Of a stretch of DNA of 64,000 bases, positions 57,301 through 64,000 are shown in pieces; the first letter of the stretch is position 1; every line of letters starts with the position of its first letter. Under the pieces are notes generated by a model, which was not told the origin of the DNA, ran no database searches, and was given only the letters and a program-made list of their open reading frames with translations. A program made the translations under genes and the position numbers. Source of the DNA: a phage; NCBI GenBank assembly GCA_036252695.1, contig GCA_036252695.1_4122.1; one strand, written 5' to 3'.

Positions 57301-59891
57301 GTAACATTCAAATTAGTAATATTTGCAGTTGTTGAACCAAGGGTTGCAATAGTTGCATCAGTACTTTGAAGTTTAGGTAGAACACTACTAATTGTGGATT
57401 CATTACTAACAATTGCACCAGTACTAGTTAAAGATTTGACAGTAACATCAGCCGTAGTAAGATCTACTGTACCATTAACAGTTAGGTTACCACCAATAGT
57501 TGCACCAGCAGTAGTAGTAATGGATTTAGCATTAACATCAGTTGTTGCTAGATCGATAGAGCCTGGAATAACTGCACCAGTAACAGTTAGGTCACCAGTT
57601 ACATTTGTATTATTGGAAATAGTGACACCACTTGCATTTGAAATGGTTGGGGTAACCAACGATGCAGTTGTAGTTTCACCAGTTACAGTTAAAGTTGACC
57701 CAACTAGAACAGATGAGCTTGAGTAAATTGTACCCAAATTAGCAGATCCGGTAACAGTTATATCATCAGCATTAACAGTAGTTGCCGTTATGGTAGTACT
57801 ATTAAGTACTGGAAGTACGTTAGCATTAACAAGATCATTACTTTTAACAATACCAGAAGTAGTTAATGATTTAACATTAAGGTCGGCTGCTGATAAATCA
57901 AAAGAGCCTTGAACTACTAAATCACCACCAATAGTTGCACCAGCAGTAGTAGTGATTGATTTAGCATTAATATCGGTAGTGCTCAAGTCTAGAGAACCAA
58001 CAGTTAAGCTACCAGTAATATCAACATTTTCTGTAAAGTTAGTATTACCACTAATAGTTGGTGCAGTCAGAGTTGTTGCACTAATATTAGTACCGTTAAT
58101 TGTTTGCCCACTTACAGTTCCACTCGCAGTGATAGTAGGGGCCGTTACTTCAGTAGATGCACTAATTGTTGGTGCAGATACAGAAGTTGTACCAGTAATA
58201 GAACCAGAACTTACTGAACCAGCGGATAATGCACCAGAAAGAGTTGCAGTTGTACCAGCAATATCACCAGTAACAGTTAGTTTAGCACCCACGGTAGTGT
58301 TACCAGTACTTTCAAGTGTTGCACCTTTAATATTTGCTGCCGCGACAACAGAATTAGGTGTTAGATCCTGCCCACTAACATCAACAGTTAGTCCAGTTAC
58401 TGTTCCAGTAAATTCAACATCATTAAGAATTGCTTTACCACCAACTTGTAGGAATGGTGTACCTGGAGCTTGTGTTTCGTTACCAGTAATAGTTAGGTAA
58501 TCTAGTTTGTTTAGACCGTTACCAGTAATACCATAAGTGGAAAGAGAAGCGTTACCGAAAGTTGCTGTTTTAAGAACGTTCAATGTAGAAGGAGAAACGA
58601 CTTCTGATTGAACTTCGTTAGGTAGAATAACTGTTGGGCGTTGACCTGGTGCAGTATATCCAAAACCTAGTTTCACTGCCGCATCTTGACTATTTTGACC
58701 TAAGCTGATAGCTTTAAAGGATGCAGTACTGTTATAACCAGTAATATTAGAACCAAGAGTAACACCACCAACTAATGAAGTTACACCAGTAACGTTCAAA
58801 GATACTGCATTAATATCGTCTAGTTGGAACGTTCCACCAAGAAGACCAGAAACATTAATGTTATTAAAATTAGCAGTACCAGTACTTTCGATATTTGGAA
58901 TAGTTGCAGTTCCGGTTACTTCAAAGTCAGCAACTTTAGTTTTTCCTTTTTGAACTTCTAATAGTGGTGTGTCTGGTGATTGTGTATTGTTACCAGAAAC
59001 TGTTAGATAATCTAATTTGTTTAGACCATTACCAGTAATACCATAAGAAGATAATGACGCATTACCAAAAGAAGCAGAGGTCAATACTGTCAAGTTTGCA
59101 GGTGACATTAGCTCGGACTGAATTTCGTTTTGTAGAATAACAGTTGGGCGTTTACCAGGAGCAGTGTAAGGGAAGCTTAATCTGAAGGTTTGTGATTCAG
59201 AGTTAGAACCAATACGAATGTCTTTAAAAGTAGCAGTACTGTTAATACCAGTTACGTTAGCACCGAAAGTTACTGCACCTTGTTGGTTAGATGCACCAGT
59301 AACGTTCAATGTTACTGCATTTAAGTCAGATAGATTAAACTCACCACCAAGTGTACCACTAATTGTCACATCGTTAAATGTAGCAGTACCAGTACTACTA
59401 ATATCTGTTGTACTTACATTAGTAATTTCTGCGGTATTAGCAGTAATTTTATCAAATGCAGCAGTAGTCCCAACATCAGCAGTAATATTACCTTTAAATG
59501 CTGTTGTTTCAGCAACTTCTAAGTTTTTAACTTTAGTTGCTTGTAGAGTGGTTGTACCAGCAGTTTGTGTAAAATCAGAACCAACTGATACAGTACCGTT
59601 AAAGGTAGCGTTTGAATTAATTGTTGCTGTATCAGACCCGACAACTGCACTACCGATTGTAGTATTACCCTCAACACCAAGACCACCAGAAAGTGTTGCT
59701 TTGCCACCTACATCTAAAGTAGATGTAATGTTGGCAGTTGATGATTCAATGGCAGTAAAAGTTGCATTTGCAAAAGTTACAGTACCATTTACAGTTAGGT
59801 TATTGTTGAAAACAGCATTTCCTTTGACTAAAAGATCCTTACCAACCGTACCAGCACCAGTAATATCTAAGTCAGTTTTTATTGAGTACAT
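54366..59891 (-). CDS. giant tail fibre / adhesin-like protein (1841 aa) with internal tandem repeats
   Basis: GGAGGG RBS; extremely Thr/Gly/Ser/Ala/Val-rich; contains a ~170-aa duplicated segment and three or more ~135-aa repeat units. Confidence 0.7.
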   Translation of the reverse strand: MYSIKTDLDITGAGTVGKDLLVKGNAVFNNNLTVNGTVTFANATFTAIESSTANITSTLDVGGKATLSGGLGVEGNTTIGSAVVGSDTATINSNATFNGTVSVGSDFTQTAGTTTLQATKVKNLEVAETTAFKGNITADVGTTAAFDKITANTAEITNVSTTDISSTGTATFNDVTISGTLGGEFNLSDLNAVTLNVTGASNQQGAVTFGANVTGINSTATFKDIRIGSNSESQTFRLSFPYTAPGKRPTVILQNEIQSELMSPANLTVLTSASFGNASLSSYGITGNGLNKLDYLTVSGNNTQSPDTPLLEVQKGKTKVADFEVTGTATIPNIESTGTANFNNINVSGLLGGTFQLDDINAVSLNVTGVTSLVGGVTLGSNITGYNSTASFKAISLGQNSQDAAVKLGFGYTAPGQRPTVILPNEVQSEVVSPSTLNVLKTATFGNASLSTYGITGNGLNKLDYLTITGNETQAPGTPFLQVGGKAILNDVEFTGTVTGLTVDVSGQDLTPNSVVAAANIKGATLESTGNTTVGAKLTVTGDIAGTTATLSGALSAGSVSSGSITGTTSVSAPTISASTEVTAPTITASGTVSGQTINGTNISATTLTAPTISGNTNFTENVDITGSLTVGSLDLSTTDINAKSITTTAGATIGGDLVVQGSFDLSAADLNVKSLTTSGIVKSNDLVNANVLPVLNSTTITATTVNADDITVTGSANLGTIYSSSSVLVGSTLTVTGETTTASLVTPTISNASGVTISNNTNVTGDLTVTGAVIPGSIDLATTDVNAKSITTTAGATIGGNLTVNGTVDLTTADVTVKSLTSTGAIVSNESTISSVLPKLQSTDATIATLGSTTANITNLNVTGASTVADVTSSGKVKAVSVETPTISNVDGVSISNNTSITGDLTVSGTVTPGAIDLSTTDVSAKSITTTAGANIGGDLVVSGTVDLSGADVSVKSLTSTGIITVSSAEGINVLPKVQSTEVTVSALNATNAVVSGDVSAATASISGAITGGSATLSGVGTALNVTNNATVGGVLTVGSITSAAENVSITKNTAITGNLAVSGTLTAGVIDLSTTDVSVKTLTSLGDATVQGNLTVDGTINLSSANIVGVTLESTGSTTVGTDLILTTGNITGSPSISGNLGVTGTTTLTGATTVSNTLNTAGKLTVNAGGIQVVAGGIQVDSGTITASSANISGSSTLNSATVTTTLGVTGAASMNGGLTASTLDVTGDSTVQKLTVKGVFVPEGGLDLSGADLSVNSVTAATTLSVTGASTLTGGVSTSTVTASGKVTAQELSTGTLDVTTNGTVGGTLGVTGKATVGSLDSGAISATSGTFSTTLDVTGAATFGNNVNITGTLTPGALDLASTDVVANSLSVATTLHSDGNATIGGTLGVTGAVSAPSIALNGEGAALAVTNNATIGGTLGVTGATTLGSLTTSGAVKTGADVIIGTKIGDQPETVQIFPNTYIAGSLRVDGGINADIDVSGQTIEPYAVVAADTISAAGNITSGAELISKSATIGDVGSQNNNLTINGNVVNNGNFTVTGLLNATLNQANSDVAVKSLTATNSVAAGTSITAGTSITATGLLKGNTLEVTTTGSFGGAVTMSSGANITGTVGITSGNLTVGGDISATGTATLAATSVTTITTSGAATLASASVTGAATIGGTLTVTGLMTANGSVVLGDAAADTLTVNATSSFKENAVFDKDVTVTGQLTTTNADLTTTTVTTKKYDVIPNQVTSSVIAPTGTWTPDGTSNVYFITLDQDTTLAPITGLIGGGKASSVYIYVKQDATGNRNFTTDGTYAVVDGTLNKTANSVTIYQVIYDGVSPVTDMFIAQRTA
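56640..58030 (-). repeat. in-frame tandem coding repeats (~415-430 bp unit, about 3.3 copies) inside giant fibre gene
   Basis: Repeated DNA blocks seen near 56650, 57001, 57418 and 57851, encoding (I/L)DLSTTDV.AKSITTTAGA.IGG.L.V.GT.DL. Confidence 0.5.
58440..59460 (-). repeat. in-frame tandem duplication (~510 bp x 2) inside giant fibre gene
   Basis: 58451-58570 aligns with 58961-59080 at the DNA level; encodes duplicated TGTA(T/N)FN...GITGNGLNKLDYLT segment. Confidence 0.5.
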
Positions 59892-59994
59892 TTATACCCT
59901 CCATTATAACCTTGTTAATATGTATATATTTAGTTTTATTATGCTGTTATCCAACAATTAATATGTTATTTGACAAAAGCAAATATAATAAAAA

Positions 59995-60020
59995 CCAGAC
60001 TTATTTAGAACAAGTCTGGT
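59995..60020 (-). terminator. rho-independent terminator (minus strand)
   Basis: CCAGACTT / AAGTCTGG hairpin flanked by A-run and T-run. Confidence 0.45.
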
Positions 60021-60028
60021 TAATTTTT

Positions 60029-60925
60029 TTACTTACCAGAGATGACAATCTTACCACTGAAAGAAATATCAGAAGTGAAGATTACATCACCAGTACTACT
60101 AATTTGTGTATCAGTCACTACCAATTCAAATGGAGATGACGAAACACTCCCAGGTGTTTTATTTGCATAAATTGAAATATACAAATTATCTGGTGTTTGA
60201 TTGTGTTCAGATGCAGGAATAGTGATTGTAAAATCACCATCACTAGAAACCCAATCTGCTTGGTTTACCAATTTACTATAAGGTACTGTCATTGTTGTTG
60301 CTCCTATAATGTTTACTTTAACACTTGCATAATCTGTGATTTGACCAATCACATCAATTGTTATATCCCCAATACCACTAACTGTTACTGTGGTTTGGAA
60401 TACTGATTCCAATGCAACATTACCTGGGTCACCTTGTAGTTGGATCATAATATCAGAACCTCTACCATGAACTGATTCTGGTAGTGTGTAAGTATAATGA
60501 TCAGTAGTATCTGGCACTAATGTAAATGCAGAAACAGGAACTATTTCAGTAGTTACATATGAGCTATCAGTCCCAGGTGAGCTACCTTTAAATGGTTTCC
60601 AAATACCAAGATCTTTAATATAAATTTGAAGAACATTAGTACTATCAACCAAAAAGTAAACGTCACCATCTAGACCGATCGAATCGGATGGTGCTGTTGT
60701 TCCACGTAAGATACCAGAACTACCACCACCACTGTGTGCGTTTAAATATCCCAATGTAACCAAGTGTGTGTTTGCAGTTGGTTCACCTGCTGAAATTGGA
60801 AGAAGTTGTGTTCCTGAGTAGTTTTGAATTTGCACAACACTACCATTTGTGGTAATCTGTGCACCATTCTTCCCAAGAATGAAGGACTTCTTCATGGTTC
60901 CTTCTAAATTAGAAAAAACTGCCAT
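60029..60925 (-). CDS. tail fibre/spike protein with conserved N-terminal anchor module (298 aa)
   Basis: AAAGGAG RBS; N-terminus MAVFSNLEGTMKKSFILGKNGAQI paralogous to N-terminus of 60942..63083. Confidence 0.55.
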   Translation of the reverse strand: MAVFSNLEGTMKKSFILGKNGAQITTNGSVVQIQNYSGTQLLPISAGEPTANTHLVTLGYLNAHSGGGSSGILRGTTAPSDSIGLDGDVYFLVDSTNVLQIYIKDLGIWKPFKGSSPGTDSSYVTTEIVPVSAFTLVPDTTDHYTYTLPESVHGRGSDIMIQLQGDPGNVALESVFQTTVTVSGIGDITIDVIGQITDYASVKVNIIGATTMTVPYSKLVNQADWVSSDGDFTITIPASEHNQTPDNLYISIYANKTPGSVSSSPFELVVTDTQISSTGDVIFTSDISFSGKIVISGK

Positions 60926-60941
60926 TTTAATATAATCTCCT

Positions 60942-63083
60942 TTATGGTAGGGTTATGTAAGTTACGGGTTGGGCAGCTTTTAATGCTGCACCAGCGGCAG
61001 TTGCTGTTATGATAGGATCTGCAATATCAATTCTATATACGTTGTTTACAACATACACTGCACGAGTTATATACGTTCTCAAATCACCACCATTTTCACC
61101 AGCACCGGATATAATGATCTCAGTACCAGCAGCTTTTGCATATTGGTTTTCACCCCATGACACACCCAATGCTTCTATGTATGTTTGTCCTGCTACCGTT
61201 TGTCTAATTGTGTCATATTTTCCGAAAAAAGAACCACCAACAGTTACAATATATTTTCCACCCGATTGTTTATGAATAATCGTGCCTTCAGAGAAATAGC
61301 GTCCCCCAGGAAAAGTATCGTATGGAATATAATATTGCTCAACTACAGGTATCAGTACTGGGCCACGGTGTCCTGTACCATCGATTGCAGTTGTAACTTT
61401 AAAGTTATTAGATGATTGGTCTATTCTGTCTACATACATTTTAGAAAAACTATATTTTGAAACATTACAATCATCTTGAACAACACAGTTAGTCCAATTA
61501 GTATAAGTATATTTAGAGCGAGTATAGATACCACCACCTTCGCCTTCGGTAGAGAGGTGTTGACCAATTACATCTAATTCTTTAGTTCTAATATCACTAA
61601 ATTTAGATGATGATGGCAAACCACGCCAAAGGATTTTAGAACAGGTGATATTGCTCAATTCTGTATTATTTAACCAATTATCAGAACCGGAAGTATAAAC
61701 AAGTATAGAAGACTCTGGAATATAGAGATTAGAAATTTTAAAGTTTCTAGGTGGTCCAGCAAAACGACCAGAAGTTACACCCCAGTTTATTGAAACCATT
61801 CTATTTGTGATAGAAGGATCATTAAGCAAATGACCAGTCAACCCATCAATAATGAATTCTTTCGAACCATAAGTTATAACACCAGCAGTGGTTAATCCAG
61901 TACCAACAGAAACTAAAGATGATGGATAAACTTCATTATTAAGTATTTTAAAGTCCATTCCTAATTCAACGTGGATACATTGTCTAACATTATATAGTCT
62001 GTTATTTTTAATAACAAAGTTTCTGACATATTGTGTATCTGGTGCATCTAAACCATAAGGACCAGAACCAGCAACGCCAATACCAATGCCCCAGTTTGAA
62101 AGTGGGATTGGAGCGTTAGAACCATCAACGTTTTCAATTACGTTTCCTTCAATCACAAAACCATCAGGATAATGTGAGTTAATTACGTTTAGTTCAATTG
62201 CATCACCATATATATCATGTATGTGGTTATATGAATATCTACCAACCTTCATTTTCTCACCAGTACCTTGTTGAAGAACACCATACTTACATTGGGTCAT
62301 TTCATTAAAGCAAAAATCTATTGTTCCTGGTTGTGTCATACCTTGCATTAAAAATGCAGCAGTACTTGTGATGTTTATAAATTTATTAAAATAAAACTTA
62401 CCATCGCCACCGAAGAATTTTAAATAACATCCAGTAAGTGTTGCAAATTGTATTTGGGAATTAATAACGGATACCATAGTACCACCATTACCAGTAATAG
62501 TTCCCCCAAACCAAGTTACATCTTCCAGGTATATTGCAGTTTTGATACGGTAATTACCACCAGCCTGAATTTGGATTTTATTTTCTTTAGCATAAGCAGC
62601 ACATAAATTTACAGCAGCAGTGTCATCAGTTTCGCCATCACCTTTAGCACCAAATTCTTCTGGTGTTATATAAAACTGGGCCTGTTGAACTGTACCTCCA
62701 GTAATAAGTCCGATGAAATCGCCACCATTTTTACTGGATATAACTTTTTTATTAATGTATAATGATTTTACCCATGTGCCATTACTTTTTGCAAAAATAT
62801 CAACAATACCATCTTCATCAATTTGAAAATACGTATTATTGTTCTTTCCTACATCATCGGTAGGGGGTACAACACCAAATAATGCATTAGGGTTATCTTC
62901 AAGATATTTTACGTTAACTGCTGAATTAGGGTCAGATGAAGTTCCTACCTTCAGTGGTAGGAACTGTTCTCCTAGATAATCTTTTATAGAAACTGAATCA
63001 TTGATAAAATTTATTGAAGCACCTTTTTTCCCCAATATGAATTTGGGCTGCATAGTTCCTTCAAAATTAGAAAATACTGCCAT
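60942..63083 (-). CDS. tailspike protein with predicted right-handed beta-helix (possible polysaccharide depolymerase)
   Basis: AGGGAGGA RBS; shared N-terminal anchor MAVFSNFEGTMQPKFILGKKGASI; central region with repetitive Asn/Gly/Val beta-helix-like rungs. Confidence 0.6.
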   Translation of the reverse strand: MAVFSNFEGTMQPKFILGKKGASINFINDSVSIKDYLGEQFLPLKVGTSSDPNSAVNVKYLEDNPNALFGVVPPTDDVGKNNNTYFQIDEDGIVDIFAKSNGTWVKSLYINKKVISSKNGGDFIGLITGGTVQQAQFYITPEEFGAKGDGETDDTAAVNLCAAYAKENKIQIQAGGNYRIKTAIYLEDVTWFGGTITGNGGTMVSVINSQIQFATLTGCYLKFFGGDGKFYFNKFINITSTAAFLMQGMTQPGTIDFCFNEMTQCKYGVLQQGTGEKMKVGRYSYNHIHDIYGDAIELNVINSHYPDGFVIEGNVIENVDGSNAPIPLSNWGIGIGVAGSGPYGLDAPDTQYVRNFVIKNNRLYNVRQCIHVELGMDFKILNNEVYPSSLVSVGTGLTTAGVITYGSKEFIIDGLTGHLLNDPSITNRMVSINWGVTSGRFAGPPRNFKISNLYIPESSILVYTSGSDNWLNNTELSNITCSKILWRGLPSSSKFSDIRTKELDVIGQHLSTEGEGGGIYTRSKYTYTNWTNCVVQDDCNVSKYSFSKMYVDRIDQSSNNFKVTTAIDGTGHRGPVLIPVVEQYYIPYDTFPGGRYFSEGTIIHKQSGGKYIVTVGGSFFGKYDTIRQTVAGQTYIEALGVSWGENQYAKAAGTEIIISGAGENGGDLRTYITRAVYVVNNVYRIDIADPIITATAAGAALKAAQPVTYITLP

Positions 63084-63097
63084 TATGACATCCTCCC

Positions 63098-64000
63098 TTA
63101 AATATTATCTTGAATCGGTTGGATAGGAGCTTGCCATGAAAGAGTACAAATAATTTCCATTTTTCCATAAGGACTGTTGTTAACAGAATCGTTGAATACA
63201 CATGAAATAATTTCATCAACATCGGATGCTGCATGATTAGTTTCATTAACAATAAAACGCATCTGACGATTGATATCAAAGTAGGAAGTTGGTGCAATTA
63301 CAGTCCCACCAATATCTTCTTGTGCTTCACCACCAAAACGTACAAACATATCAGTTACAGGAAGAGAATAAGGTTGTATAACGTTTACATCAATATTAGA
63401 AACTACATATCCAGCAGGACACGTACCAATAACTAATAGTGCGTTAGTCCATGAGCTATCTATTGTATTTCTAATAGAAATTGTATCTTTACCTGGTGCA
63501 CCTGGTTCGCCTTGTATACCTTGAATACCTTGCTGACCTTCTTTACCACGGAATAGAATACCCTCACTCCACTCTTTTGCAGGAGGGGTAGTTGTAGTTA
63601 CTTCATCAACATAATATAGTTTTCCATCAGTGTTGTTATAAAAACAATAATCAACTGGAAGATTTTCAATACTTGGAAATTGATCACCACTGCTATCAAT
63701 ATGGAAACGACCACGCGGACCTTGTTCACCACGGAAAGGTATACCATCACTCCAAGTAGCAGTTACACTTTGATAGAAATAAAGTTTACCATCTTGAGTA
63801 TTATAAAATGTATAGTTATCAAAAAGACCAGTTGTTGGGAAAGTAGTTCCAGCACTATCAATGTGGAACGGCTTACCCGCTTCACCCGTATCACCTTTAC
63901 CAAACTCAACACTAATCCATGTACTTGTCGGATCTTGTGCATCATTTGATTTAAAGTATAGAGTACTGGTATTGTTAGCCAAGCTTAAGTAGCACCACCC
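63098..64000 (-). CDS. collagen-like repeat-containing tail fibre protein (5' end beyond window)
   Basis: Gly-X-Y runs (GKGDTGEAGKP, GEQGPRGR, GKEGQQGIQGIQGEPGAPGKD); reading frame stays open to the window edge, so the true start is probably outside. Confidence 0.6.
   Translation of the reverse strand, partial: GWCYLSLANNTSTLYFKSNDAQDPTSTWISVEFGKGDTGEAGKPFHIDSAGTTFPTTGLFDNYTFYNTQDGKLYFYQSVTATWSDGIPFRGEQGPRGRFHIDSSGDQFPSIENLPVDYCFYNNTDGKLYYVDEVTTTTPPAKEWSEGILFRGKEGQQGIQGIQGEPGAPGKDTISIRNTIDSSWTNALLVIGTCPAGYVVSNIDVNVIQPYSLPVTDMFVRFGGEAQEDIGGTVIAPTSYFDINRQMRFIVNETNHAASDVDEIISCVFNDSVNNSPYGKMEIICTLSWQAPIQPIQDNI

Noticed and set aside
54793-58500. Series of long plus-strand ORFs (54793-55416, 55717-56370, 56665-56955, 56971-57369, 57394-57726, 57952-58500) antisense to the giant fibre gene
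   Set aside because: They lie entirely inside the 1841-aa minus-strand gene, have no RBS, and translate to Pro/Val/Thr/Ala-rich low-complexity strings; they are the expected artefact of an antisense read through a repetitive, codon-biased gene.
56640-59460. Possible CRISPR-like array suggested by repeated DNA blocks
   Set aside because: Repeat units are ~415-510 bp, diverged, contiguous and in frame within a coding sequence; there are no short conserved direct repeats separated by unique spacers.

Overview
This 64 kb window is a gene-dense segment of a large, AT-rich, virulent myovirus that is distantly related to T4; all calls below rest on motif recognition by eye, with no database search run. 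A plus-strand block (1-51437) carries nucleotide-metabolism genes (nrdD, nrdG, NrdC-like glutaredoxin, thymidylate synthase, dNMP kinase, a small deaminase), lysis genes (LysM-lysozyme, i-/o-spanin pair), a tail sheath and two putative tube paralogues, three paralogous tail fibres, and many small accessory genes in tandem paralogue families. A minus-strand block (51473-64000) carries five more fibre/spike genes, giving at least eight receptor-binding-protein candidates. The lipoprotein o-spanin and sigma70-like promoters point to a Gram-negative host. The most notable observations are a LAGLIDADG intein inside a Pol-beta-type nucleotidyltransferase gene, a ~0.65 kb GC-elevated ORF-free island with its own promoter and terminator (candidate structured RNA), a set of translation-related genes (HPF, CCA-adding enzyme, Pth2-like hydrolase), a 2H phosphoesterase that could be Acb1-like, and an apparently frameshifted Nudix gene. 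No tRNA, rRNA or CRISPR array was recognised.
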